From positions 8,111,705 through 8,175,704 of the forward strand of contig CM082587.2 of the NCBI GenBank assembly GCA_040954595.2: a stretch of 64,000 bases of DNA, given 5' to 3'. The stretch comes from Balanoglossus misakiensis. Taxonomy: Eukaryota; Animalia; Hemichordata. The position numbers were made by a program, and so were the translations under genes. The notes under the pieces are model-generated. The model saw only the letters and a program-made list of their open reading frames with translations. It made no database searches and was not told the origin of the DNA. This document shows positions 12,593 to 26,161 of the stretch, in pieces (position 1 is the stretch's first letter; every line of letters starts with the position of its first letter).

Positions 12593-12796
12593 GTCGCGTT
12601 GCATAGACAGTTCTTGCACGTGAACACCTCGTGTTATCTGGCAGGATAAACGATTTATATAACGAATCTTTGTTTTTAAGAACATTAATCCAATTGAATT
12701 AATTGTAACCTGGTACAAAATTTGTGCAATTACACAATCGTGATATATGAATGCACGGCATATTTTAATGACATTTGATGGAAAACCACATATCTC
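12593..12796 (-). repeat. Right arm of inverted repeat pair flanking the GPCR
   Basis: Reverse complement of 10308-10514. Confidence 0.9.
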
Positions 12797-15700
12797 AAGC
12801 TCCACATCTGCCTGCCTATCCTTTACCTGTGTAGTCAAATTTGATGGATAATACCGTTTAAGATGACTTGAATTTGTTGTGATGAGTACTAAAGAATTTC
12901 AACAATGTAAGTGACCTGCAGAATTTATGTTCGTAAGTGTGATGAATGTGTACTTTATATGTGTCGTTACTGGCGTGGTGGTCGTAAACATTATTAGAGA
13001 CAACCAATGTTTTTCGAGGTGGCTCCCCTTAAATTTCATATTTATTTTAGAGTCTATATGGGTTTTGTTTTTCAAATAGAAGCACACATAGGGGTTAAAA
13101 TACATGTATAAAACTGTTTAAAAAATACAAGTTTACACTATTTTGTTTTCAGATTCCAATGTTGACATAAATTGTTCGTCTTAGTGTTCAACGACTGCCC
13201 AACGTACTTGCCTTCACAGTAATATCCCCGGTGACGTAATCTAACGAACGTGTTTCAAGCTTTAAGAATAACTAAATATATGAGAAATTTATTGTGTGAT
13301 AGCTGTTTCACTCAATCCCTATAAGATTTGCGTGTCGTTTATGCAGTGTGAAAAAAATAACGACACTCTTAACTTAGTTTTCATCCTGAAGAGGTTGAAG
13401 GCAATCACAAGTTCCCGGAGACAAGTACTTGTTAAATCTTGATCATTCACGTGCAACGTCCACTCAAGTCCATGCGGAAATAAAATTCAATACTTGACAT
13501 TGTTCATTTTGTGACCGTTTGTCTTTGCAACTGGCCATCTCAACATTGTATATTTGACCTATGAACTTTAGAATATGGATGCGTGTGATCGAAAAGGTCG
13601 AGTTGCGCGTTGGCGTGGATGAGTGGCCAAAATCCATTATAATATAAAACACTTGAATGTGTCGAGTGGGGATCTGAAGCTTGTTGACTATCGAGCCTCT
13701 CACGAATCTCTCACTGGGTCCAGATGGCTCAAATCGAATCCGTACATCTTTAAACCACGGACACATGTCAGAATATGTTTGTCACATATTTTTAGAACAT
13801 TTAAACCATACAGGATCTTCTGGTAGTTTGCTGTAGTCGATTGCAATGTAATTAAATAGTCGGTGTCCGGTGTTAAAAGACTTTGGGGCTTGTGTTGCCC
13901 GTCAACTTTATATAAATTAACGGGACATTGGGGAGGCGTATCTATTGCAAACATTGCTGCCGTTGATTGTTGACTTGCCCAGAAGGTGTTTTTGCATCGC
14001 ACTCGGTATATTCTAGAAACTCTCTGCCTTCTGTATTTTGTTTGAGCTGCACATCACCCCATTTCATTTTATAATGTTTGTCTCTCGCTCGCAGACCGAC
14101 GCATTTCGTGTTGTAGTACCACTGTGCGTTCAGGAGGTTTTTGCACTGTGGCTGCCGAGTCGAGTTGTCCCTGAAGCACCCCCTTCGTTGGCGTTAACGC
14201 TTCAGCTTTATTTGATGGCCTGTTTCCTTCCCCTACTTTCTTCATACTTTTTCTTTTACTACACTGAGAACCTTTCTGGATTTTGCGAACTCTCTGCTCT
14301 GCGTGCATGGTTCACGGTTGAATAGACATAGCCATTCTCCCTGACATATCTCTCAATACTCCTGTGATGGGACGACAGTGTCCGGTTCTTCCCTCTACTG
14401 TCTATGGGCCATACAGTTCGCCGTTTGCTTTTTTCGGAGAGAAGAAATAAAGTAATTGTTGCAGACACAAGTCCAAAATACTTCACATTAGCCGAGATTG
14501 AGATTAAGCTTGACGGCGTTGAGAGCACGAATTTTTACGATGACCCTCCTGGCCGAAAATTCCTGTTTGTTCGCCTTGTGGGAAACTGATTTTACTGTTG
14601 ACGAAATTCTCCATTGTACTACAGTTGTACTACAATGCTACCGAGGTACACCAGACAAAAAATCGATAACGCTATTCAACAATTTAGCAACAATGTATAA
14701 GAACAATAGAAGCGACACCCGAGTAAAGTCCACAGCTGCAAAACGCAGACTGAACGAACGAGCAGCACAAATCTTGTCCCGCGATACCACCAATGTAACG
14801 GAAATTATGTCGGACTGAGGTCCCCAAATTGTCAAGCCTTAGTGAATGACGAACCTTGGACTTGGCAGCCAACTCAACGGTAGGGTAAACGTAGCACGAT
14901 CGAGCCTTGACGGCGTTGACCGGTCCGTTACAAGTCCTGGTTCGACATACCTTGCGCACAGCAGAACGTGCGAAGAGATGTGTATAAACTGCTGGCCGAC
15001 CGATTTGAGCGTTGCGCTCACACAAATTCCAAGAAAAACTTCGGAATTACGATCCGTAGACAACTAAACCTCTCAGAGGTTACAGACATAGTGTTCCCAC
15101 AAACGTGGAGAAAGGTTTGAACGAAAATATAAGAAAGATAGAGGTAAAGTACGAAATTCAGATCACTACATTGTACAACCGAGAGCATGACGTTCACAGT
15201 TCAACCGCCATGTCTCGTCTTCCTTTTATGTTGAGGGGAGTCACGTCACAAAACATGCAACCAGCCCACGTGATACAAGCTCCGCCCCAATCGTGGAATT
15301 GACAGTTTATCCTGCTATCGGGTGTCTCAGTCTGAGAATCAGGAAAAAGTCGCATTACTTGAGATGTGAATCTTGTGTGCGGCGTTGCAACATACTTTAC
15401 TCTCATTGGGTTTAATATACTTGGAGTGCACAGGAAGAAGGCAAATTGCGCACTTATGTCACGTTTAAAAGTATATTAGAACCAGAAAGATAGTTCTTTT
15501 AACCATGTAATTCTAAAATTAATTCATGCTGTCTTGCGTTTGAATTCGCAGTTTGTCTCTCCCCTTATACAGGACGGCATCAAAATATTGATGTACATTT
15601 AAGAATTTGTAAACATTGTAAGACGAATGCCACTTTTTGTTTCTATGTCCTCTGTATGATGGCCTTTGTGAGTTTTACAATGAATCAAACTGTAACAAGT

Positions 15701-16727
15701 TTAATAGTCTATAAGGCATTCTCTGAGAATTTCTATTCAGTAGTATATATACAATATATTATTTCCTCTACATTTCTTGTAGTTTTAGTCTTGTCAATAT
15801 CTGTGCAAACAATTCCATGTTGTAATCTATGTATTCTTCTTCCATATGGGCAAGAGGTACACACGTAGACAGACAGGCAGACAATTGTATAATCTATTAC
15901 AGTATGGTTAATTTTAATGAAATTTCATTGAAGTTCACAGTGAAGTACAAATGGCAATTCAAATTGTTCTTCATTAAAAGGCATGTTAGTCGATTTGTCA
16001 ATATTAAGGCATCGAAACGGAAAATTAAGTTCAGGTGATATTTCAATATGACTCGTTCATCAATCAACCAACTGTTTTTTTTCATTTTCATCATTTCTTG
16101 ACGTTTCCTCCCTTCGATGGTGGTCGGTTTGTTAATTTCACTCTCTCCGGCAAAGCTGTTATATATAAATGAGATAGTGAGAATAGTTATTTCATCATCT
16201 CAGGTCTTTGATCAATGGTACATTCAAGGAATTGATTATTTGGTATGATATTGCTATACCATACCAAACATCCAATAGCCGAATAATAAGCAACATTCAC
16301 GAAAAAAATCACCAAGGCAGTAAGTCAGTCATGCAGCGAGTCGACGTGTCCAAAAAAGCGAAATTTGTCAATCAATGAAATAAATCGGAATCGCCTAATC
16401 GCTATTTTTTATAGAAACAGAAAAAAAGCAAGAACAAAATATTTAAATTGTTTAATATGAATACAAATATTATTGTATTGATTGTATTGACATGTACAAG
16501 TCTAAACGGGATGAGTTGATGTATTCTCCTAAGATACACAGAGAGATGTCCAAAATTACCCACTGTACATGGAAAATTGAAATGTAGCCAATCACACATT
16601 GTTCTTTGGAAGACTCAGAAACGTTCTTTGAACCACACGGGACTATGTGTAAACTAGAGGTGAGTGCGTCCCGTAAACTCTTTAGGTAAATTTTGTTAAC
16701 AACAAAAAATATAGAGCACCAACCTTT

Positions 16728-19433
16728 TTATGCTTTCTCCTTTCCTTGCAGAGAGATCATTGCATCTTTTTTGTTATAACTCCTGGCTGTAAGTACACAT
16801 TCGAAATTAGTTAATAGAGCTGGTTGATGAGTAGATCACAAATGTAGAGCATCTCAACAACAAATCTTTTGTCACAAAGACAAAATGTAACAACAAGGTT
16901 TATTGTAACCATTCCGCAGGACCCCAGAATGATGGAATAAAATTCGTCTTAGCGATACATGTAATTGAATTGTTATACGTATATTGAATACACACATATT
17001 TACAAATTCACTCAGGTTGCCCTCTTACCTAGGATTACTTGATGTTAAAGGGACAAAGTCTCTCTCTCGCTGCCTTTTTTCCATTAATTATGTTTGATAC
17101 AAGACACTGTTTATGTTATTCTACATGTGGATATATAGTGAATCAATGATCAACAACACACAACTTCCATCCTGTTTGTATGATATGAGAGTAAAAACTC
17201 GCCCAATATGAATAAATGGTAAAGAACGATTATTCATTTTGGCGATTTTTTTCACTCTCCTGTCTATAAGAGGTATGGAAATTGTGTGTTCATTTACTAT
17301 ATATCCACAGGTAGAATAACAAACAGTGTCTTGTATCAAATATAATTAATGGAAAAAAGGGCAGCGAGAGAGAGACTTTGTCCCTTTAAATAATGCTTAC
17401 CGTACCGCGTTCCACAGTCTGAACAATCCGTTCCCCACTCACAAACTGACGTGTAAGCTCCTGCACCGCCGTCATCACAATCACCATCGTTTGCATAGGC
17501 ACAAGTGTTTACACAAGCTAGAAATAGAAATATCTATTGTTAACGACAGGTGGGCCATTGACCAACCAGCTGCGACTCTCTGCCAATGGCTATTATAACC
17601 AAATTACAACTAACCTCCTAAAACATGCATACATACATACATACATACATACATACATACATACATACATACATACATACATACATACATACTGTACATA
17701 CATACATACATACATACATACATACATACATACATACATGCATGCATGCATGCATGCATGCATACATACATACATACATACATACATACATACATACATA
17801 CATACATACATACATACATACATACATACATACATACATACATACATACATACATACATACATACATACATACATACATACATACATACATACATACATA
17901 CATACATACATACATACATACATACATACATAATAGCGTGTGTAGAGGGGTGCGTGTATGTGTGAATATATATCTATATCAGAGTGTGTTTATTTACATA
18001 TTGCAGCGATCAGGACAAATTCTGACCTTCTCGGCTTCCACAGTCTGTACAGTCGGTCCCATAAGCACAAACAGAGGTCCATGATCCAGCTCCTCCATCA
18101 TCACAATCGCCATCGCCAGCATAACTACATTCGTTGGTGCAACCTACAAAACGCCAAAGTACTTTTTAGTAACGCACATAATTTTGTGTTTGCGACACGT
18201 GGTACATGATATTCGCATGAACTGATCAATGGGGAAGGTGTCCCCTGTTTCTATTTTATAGCAGGTTATTTACATTATCATTAAAATAGAATACTTCGTC
18301 TAGTTTAAGGTGCCTTGGCATTTCGCATATAGCAAAAGAAGACTGCAGTAGTATACATTCCGGCGGGTATTAGTATAGGAATACAAATCAAACTAGTGGA
18401 TAAAATTTGTTCTACGGTTCCGTCTTGAACCGGAGACCCATTTACAGCAACTTTACTGGTATTACCACTGAAAGGAAGCCGTGGTTGACTTAGCAGATGA
18501 ATGCAACCAACCATCGACCAATCACTCGTCGGTCATCACTCCTGTAGTCATGCCCCAACTCTATTTTATAAATAGCCCGTCCACGACCACATCCAAACAT
18601 TCGTATTTGTCCGTTTAAGAGATTAAGTGATATCGTCGTTTACAAAATGATATCGTTATACTGATCATGTATTTTGGTAATTTGTGAATTTTGTGAGGTT
18701 TGCGAACTCCGCTAAACAGAACAGTATCCATGGCGGCGGGTTGATTACATGTGCATTAAACAAGAGATAATTTCAATACAATCAACATTGACTAGCACAT
18801 ACGAAAGAATGCGAAGTTGCTTACCTACACTCTTCTTTTCAATCGACTTGGAGAGAGAGAGAGAGGGAGAGCGAGAGAGAAATTTTATTCATGAAATAAA
18901 CTGAGCAGAAATTTGTAGCAAATAATACATTCTCAGTCAAATAAGGTCTTTCAATATAACTTCGGCAATGTTAGCTAATGTATCCTATTTCCGGGGCCGC
19001 CTTCTTTTTACGATTTCGCCTATGACGCTCTTTCCACCCATTTCATCACCTGAAGAGCTTTACCTTATTACTTGGTGAGTCCCTTTTATTGACTGAGCTT
19101 TACACATATACAAATTTCACCACAGTTTAAAAATAAACGTATTTAAGTAATGTCTTCTTATCAAATTTCCTAAGAATATAAAAAAAACCCAAAAGAATGC
19201 AAATTTCACTGCAACTTGAAAAAGTTTAACAAAGTCCACCTTAGGAAATCGGCATACCAAGTCAAATACCAATTTATTCTAGACTAAATTCCTATGTGAT
19301 AATTCTGACCTACCTTAGCAGTTTTCTTGCCTAACATCTTTGCAATGTAATCGCTTTTCTTCAAAACTTTCTGACACTCAGCCGAAGCCAGGAAGACGGC
19401 AAAGACCATGAGACACACAAACGCAGCCTTCAT
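16728..19433 (-). CDS. Secreted cysteine-rich prepro-protein (~144 aa) with two exon-encoded CDDGG/GTDC modules
   Basis: Minus-strand GT-AG exons 19433-19314 (MKAAFVCLMVFAVFLASAECQKVLKKSDYIAKMLGKKTAK), 18846-18825 (SIEKKSV), 18143-18027 (GCTNECSYAGDGDCDDGGAGSWTSVCAYGTDCTDCGSRE), 17517-17401 (ACVNTCAYANDGDCDDGGAGAYTSVCEWGTDCSDCGTRY), 16786-16728 (ARSYNKKDAMISLQGKEKA*). Splice phases are compatible throughout; the 22-nt exon and last exon are less certain. Confidence 0.82.
17049..17385. mobile_element. Palindromic MITE with TTAA target duplication (Kolobok-type ends), copy 1
   Basis: ttaa|agggacaaagtctctctctcgctgcc ... ggcagcgagagagagactttgtccct|ttaa; arms pair over most of the length. Confidence 0.9.
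17625..17931. repeat. (TACA)n microsatellite
   Basis: Directly visible; source of the spurious HTYI/MYVC ORFs. Confidence 0.98.
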
Positions 19434-21945
19434 CTTGCCTGTCACAGTGTTTGCGTCTCAATCTCAAACCTGCAGAAAGTGCCGAGTGTCTCTTACCTTG
19501 CAGGGGTATTTGAACCCTTCGTTAGTAACACGTCGACTCATTGGTCAGATAGTCACATGACATTAACGCTTTTTACAGGTGTGCAAGGCTAAACAAGAGA
19601 GCTAAGGCCACCAGTGGCATTGAGTTTTCGGTTTTCCTTTCGATGTAACCTTGTATGTGAGGACAATAGCCGAGCAGTGTCCAGTAAAGAGACAAAGAGG
19701 ACTAGGGGTGAATGACTGACCAAATCATCAACATACATGTGTAAAGGCCACGAATTTTCTCATGGCCAAAAAGTATCAACCCGAAAAGCTAAAAAATAAA
19801 ATACATATGAGTAATGGAATTCGACTTAGAATGTTCTAGTGGAAAACAAAATTAAAACTTGTAAAATTAATTGGTCGGGAAAGAATATGTCAGTGTTTTC
19901 ATAACGAAGGAACGCTCGAGTTTGTCGTTACAGAGATCACGGGTAAATTGACGTTTCTACGATCTCATCATCTCGTAGATAGCCAATGGAGCAATCAGAA
20001 ACGGTCGGAGGTCCATCACTCTGGCACCATGAAGAGTAATTAAAACCTCGAAATGTTGAAAATCAATTATATAATTATATGAAAGTATTGAGAGAGAAAA
20101 ATGATATGTCATAATATGAATAATTCCTTTACAAACGGAGGACAGTGCCAGCAGGCAGTGTAGTGATGAAGACACGTGGTCATCTCGCAGTCCATATATG
20201 GTAAAACGAACTATGAATTAATATCTGACCGTCTTTTTAAGTAATCAATTATTGTGTATGTGAGATGCATTTACATAAAAAAAAGTTTGAGAAAGTTTCA
20301 CTTATAACCAAACAACCAAAGATCGGTTGGTCAGCCTACTGTGCAAAGGAGTTGGGATGTGCTTGTACGCGAGTGACGAGTGGCAATCTTAAGGAATGGT
20401 TTGATCGGGTGGGGTGCTGGGTGTAAGCATTAACATCCTGCAATGAAATTGTTGTTAAGCCTTCTTTTTCAACAACTTTGCCAGCGCATTCACATCTGCT
20501 AAAACTATAATAATTGTGTTGTACTCTACTTCTTCCTATAGTCGTTCACAAAACAGTGGCTTGTACAAAGCGATCAATTAGTAATACTGATCTCATTTAA
20601 AGGTTTGGGCTGATTCAGGTGGAAACACGGCACGTTTTCAGTGATTTGCAGTAACGGTTAATACTTAGACGCTATGGAATATATTTCTAATTTTATTTCA
20701 AGTATTGCAGGAGTCAGATTTTTCATTGACAGGTGAATGCATACTAATAAATGAAAAATCAGTCGCGTTATTCAGTAACCATGTACATTTCGCAAACCCA
20801 CTGACTAGACATTATTGCTGGTTTTTTTCACATAAGGGTAGGTCATATATACCGGTATCTTTTCATTCAAAGGTCATCCACAATGACGACAACTGGGTGA
20901 TTGTATATCTCGTAACTAACAATCATGGTGAGGTTATACATTCCACCTCCAATAATAATCGAACCTTGGCTTTAGAAATGTAAAACTAAAGAGAACCGGC
21001 CGGACACAACTGTGGTTTGTGGGGTAATGTCACGGATGAGCAGAATGACGGGATAGTGTAAAAGAGAAGACATCTCTTTTTCTCATGGTCACTACTCACA
21101 AAAACGGACCAAATTGACCTTACTTCTCAAATGAAATAAGGCAGTCTGAGTTAAATAACCTTCGATTGGCTGCCATAAGGTCACTAAGGTGGTTCAGACT
21201 AGACAGTTACGGCGGTGTATGGCACCGGTGCCGGGCCTAGGCCGGCGTAAAATAACCGATATGGACATGCTACGTCGGCCTAGTTGAAGCCTTCACATGT
21301 CTACAATCATACGCGGTAATTAAGGTGGCATTGCATGAAAAGTTGTGATTTTTGCCAAATTTTACTTTTTTACATAAATCGGTAGGCCTAATACTGACCC
21401 ACATCCTGACTAATACGTCTTGGCGGAAATGGTGCATAATCACCCCAAAATAGCACTTTTCTGAATGAGTTCACAGCTTAACAAATAGGTGTCAACAATG
21501 CAAATAGCCGTTTTTCTCAGTTTGCATTTTCGCTGCTCTTGACAACTTCAGACGAAAATAGCTTCGCTCTGCGTTGGCCGTATTTGCTCAAATTTTAACT
21601 GGGGATTGTGTATGACCCATCCAACAAAACGGTATTTTTTTAGTCGATAAAGTGTCCCTGGCGGGAATAAACTCTGATTCAATACAACTCACCGTGAATT
21701 TGATCAAATTTTACTAAAAATCTAACTTTCAAACGCTGTTACTCCTCAATGGAAGCAGATAACGCAAAACAAAATTACCGTTTTTTGCACGTGTACTCTA
21801 GTTTCGAATGACATATTCTTTTAAATTTATCTTCTGGAACGTACTATTTTTGGATCGAATATGTACGATTGTCTACATGTTTGTTTCAATGTTAATTAGC
21901 TGGCATATTTGTTCACAAATATAGTAAACGTCCTGTATATCCGAC

Positions 21946-22027
21946 GGTAGCGTGGCCGAGCGGTCTAAGGCGCTGGTTTTAGGCACCAGTCATTTCGATG
22001 GCGTGGGTTCGAATCCCACCGCTGCCA
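21946..22027 (+). tRNA. tRNA-Leu, anticodon TAG
   Basis: GGTAGCG-TGGCCGAGCGG (A box); anticodon arm CTGGT-TTTAGGC-ACCAG; long variable arm; GGTTCGAATCC (B box); acceptor 3' strand CGCTGCC-A; T-run terminator at ~22030. Confidence 0.95.
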
Positions 22028-22507
22028 GATTTTTATTCTTGCAAAGAAAATAGTTTTTGCGAATCGCCAAATATCCTTGCAACTATGTGCGTTTGCTAGT
22101 TGGAAAGCTGAGTAGTCACTGACCATAAAATTTATTTTTTAAAACCCCTAACTCTCAGTGACTACATGATTATTAAAATTGATAGAAATTAATCGTTGGT
22201 GTTCCGTGTGAATTTGTTGCTTACATTTATCCGTGACTTTTATACCATATAAATATTAAAATATGTGCTCCAATTGCATGAATTACAAAAAATGTAATTT
22301 CAAATGTAAGGCCTACACCAAGTGGACCGAAACCCGCAAAATGCAAACTATAAAGAAGTAGACTGTTCGTTTCATGCACCATAGGATTTAATTAAAAATT
22401 TAATTTCTGCTTTGTCGTCAGCATGCTTTCATTTAATAATTAATAAGTGTGCCCATTTCGTTTAATATTCTTTACCTTTGCAACTGCACACACACGTATT
22501 GATAGCG

Positions 22508-24514
22508 ATGAAGAAACGAGGTGGCCAGTTCCCTTTTCGGGGTTTGATCATTCTCCTTACGGTCATGGCTGTGACTTTACAACAGTCAGGTAAGACTGTA
22601 TTTTTTTTTTACAATTACGACATAACCGTTTCGGACTGCACTGCCAGGTTTATTTCAGGACGCTGCCCCTCCTTGTGACATGCGTGTTTGTTACACTCAG
22701 CCTTCGTAGTCTTTCTAGTCTAATGTAGTTTGTAGTCTGGGTGTTATAATGGATACAGCCTGTACCGTGTTATACCGGTAAGGTCAACCTCGCGTGCTCT
22801 GCATACGACTGGTCAAATTCGGAATATTAATGTCGTTTAATAGTACACCACCGACAAACGTGTTCACTCTTTCATTTTTGTATCGTTCCAGTAACAGTTT
22901 ACGTGTAACGTGTGTGTCAACACGCATTTGAAAATTACACAAATTGCCGACAGCTCAAAACGCTGCGGCCCGTCTTGTCACCTAAAAGACCAACAGGAGC
23001 ACATAACTATCTGTTCACGTTGGCTTACTGTCCAAAAGCGGGTAGAGTTTCGAATATTATTTTCTTGACGTTCCAAATTCGTTTAGTGGCCATGACACGT
23101 ATCTTGTTGTCTAAAAATAAATTACAATACTGACTGTACACGTTTGCGTCCTCTTGCCACAGCTCATTAGTATAATTACATTCGCATATCGGAACAACAC
23201 CGTTGTCGATAAGTGTTTCCCGCTTGTGGAATGCCTTGACTTCGTATTTGCGGGCCATTAAGATATTTTTGTCATTTTATAATTCAGTTGGAAACGTTAA
23301 ACACACGTTTACTGCAGTCTTTTGTAGTTATTGTTAAGTATCGTAGCCCTAACGCGCCACCCACACGCCAGCCCAACACACACAAATATATATTTCATGA
23401 AGCCCGGAAGGTAATCCCAAGTGCACAGCATACACACCTTAGTTGTACAATGATCATGTGCCAGGTAAGACTGACAGATTAAGCCTTGTGTGGGCGCTCC
23501 GGCTCGCCACCTAAGACCCTGGCGTGTACCGTCAAAAGGAAAATCATCAATTTCATAATGTTTCTGTCGTGTAGTTTATGCGTTACACACAAGACAAGTT
23601 CCTGAAAGGGACTAAGTCTCTCTCTCGCTGCCCTTTTTCCATTAGTTATGTTTGATAAATGAAACCGTTTATGCTATTCTACTACTGGATATGTAGTGAA
23701 TCAACGTTCAACCACACACACCTTCCATCCAACCTGTAGACACGAGAGTGAAAAACTCGCCAAAATGAATAATCGGTGTTACCGTTTATTCATTTTGGCA
23801 AGATTTTGACTGAGTCTCTCGCATCCTACAAACGGGATAGAAGTTGATTGTGGTCGAGTGTTGATTCACCATATATCCACATGTAGAATAACATAAACGG
23901 TGTCTTGTATTGTCCCTTTAAAATTTTCATCGCAGGCTCGGTGACACTCATCCACATCAGCAGTTCTCAGAACTACTCATTGGCACAGGCGTTGTGCAAT
24001 CGTCTTGGTTTGCGCATGACCAAAGACGACAGTGAGCAAAAACACCGAGCCATACTGGACGCTCTTGAAGAGCAACAGCAATCTGATTTCAATTTTTGGA
24101 TAGACGCTCGCTTAACACCGGACAGAAGCGAAGTAAAGACCAGCGATGGTGAGGTGTTATCGTACACACCTTTTGCGCCCAAATTTCCTAAAAATGTGGG
24201 TGATTGCATATACATGATGTGAGTATGATACAAATCTGATTACTTCAGTCTTTTATAGACAGTAATATATGATATTCAGTGCAGCCAATTTGTGACTGAA
24301 ATCATAACCAAGAAATGGATCATATGTTCTCCTAAAAGCATCCATTTGCGAAATAACTATAGTGGAGCGCCAGATAAGTATGTAAGAAGATAGCCTAGCT
24401 AATTGTGTTTTTGACCGAAAGCAGGTTTTGCCGACACTCTGGATGTGTGTTGGGCTGCGGAGCAGTGATGTGCTTTGATGCAATTCTTTATAATCCATAC
24501 GTTGTACATTGCCT

Positions 24515-24608
<94 letters not shown>

Positions 24609-26130
24609 TAGAAAAGGCGCATGGAAGGACCGTGATTGCGCTGAAACAAGAAACGTATTGTGTGAAAACGCAAGTAAGTGGGACTATATTTTAATATCTC
24701 GCGTGCGAAGCCCACCTCGCGTCCAAGCATATCATCAATCCATTATTTATGTTCCAATAAAAACAATTAATCAAAACAACAACAGGCTGAGCAACAACAA
24801 CGAAACCAGGACAAATCAAACTGCACACATAACTGACCTGAGATGGGCATACCAGAGGCTGATTCACAAAGACTATTGACAAACGGAATCCAAGAGCCAT
24901 CTTCCAAGAACTAAAAACTGATAAGAAATTAAAACACAAATTTGTCAGTTAACTATTTGAATGAATTTAAATCCGACCAAACACAGAACACGCTATGAGT
25001 CACTGTCGGTACCAGACACACGCAGGCGCTCTGAGACTCAGCAGACACTGTACAGTTACGAAAACGTAGCCTAGCGTACGACAGAACGTCACTAGATAAC
25101 GACAGTGGGGTATAAATAATGACGTTTACATCTTCACAGCTTCTGAAGAAATTTTTGCTTTGGCTCGGAGGAACATGACGGAGGCATCCAAAGTCTGTGA
25201 AACATTTGGTCTGCGCTTGGTAAGAGACGTCAATAAAGAGATTCACCGCCAGTTACGCGATTACGTTCGCTCTAAGACAGACGTCCGTTCTTGGATCGAT
25301 GCGAAGATCACGTCCGGGAACAAAGTAGAAACAAGCGATGGTATGGCGCTGACGTATAAACCGTTTGCTACTAATGAGACAATTGCTGATGGACTATGCA
25401 TCTACATAACGTGAGTACATAGAAATTTTACGTATGAAAGATTGAAAGAAATTCTGGCCAATTGACCACACCTAACAGTGTTAATCCCAATGTGCCCCCC
25501 CCCCCGCTAGCCAATAAAAGTATCAGGAACTAATTGGATTGAATTTAATTGAGTAATCATTTCCTTAATCGTCGACGTTAATTTTATACTACATCGTATT
25601 AAATTAAATCCAATTTGTCTTACAGAACCATGAAGGACGCATATTGGCAAACCACAACGTGTAACTTCACCACTCGTTATATATGTGAAGGTAATCACTG
25701 CAACATATTGTCAATATGTTCAACTAGCGGTACCCGTTTTTGGTTAAGAACCATTTTACTGTTGAACAACACCTGACCTTTTGTGAATATGTAAGCCTCG
25801 GACAGAAATAAAGTTGACATCATAATAATTGTATTTTCTTATTTTATTCCGGCAAGGCGAGGGGGATATCATAGCTCTGCGAGAACGGTTGGTCCAAATA
25901 AATACTAGTATGGCGGCGATTAACGAACCCTCTTCAGTAAGTGAGAAGTAAAACATTTCCCCCTCCCATTATGCTTATGTGATTTCATGACATGTCTACA
26001 TCCATCCATTCTTCAATGATTTGTTTTACTCTCTGTGCTTGTTAAGATTTTGACTCAATTGCAATTTTTTTCCGAACCTTCTGTTTTATCAGTTTCACTG
26101 TCCTTGCGTGCGTACCAGCATGCAAGCATG

Positions 26131-26161
<31 letters not shown>

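Noticed and set aside
13400-15300. Cluster of short ORFs with coding-like composition; GYVYSTVNH faintly recalls Merlin/ISXO2 transposase
   Set aside because: No continuous frame, splice structure or second motif found; probably a decayed element but not assignable by eye.
17537-18084. HTYI/MYVC repeat ORFs (also at 32.3, 39.4 and 46.6 kb; WYGMV at 4.3 kb; FIYL at 24.5 kb)
   Set aside because: Translations of microsatellites.
18985-19050. Candidate extra exon (ttcag|GTGATGAAATGG...) in the Cys-rich gene
   Set aside because: In the phase required by exon 1 it hits a stop after 9 codons (VMKWVERAS*).
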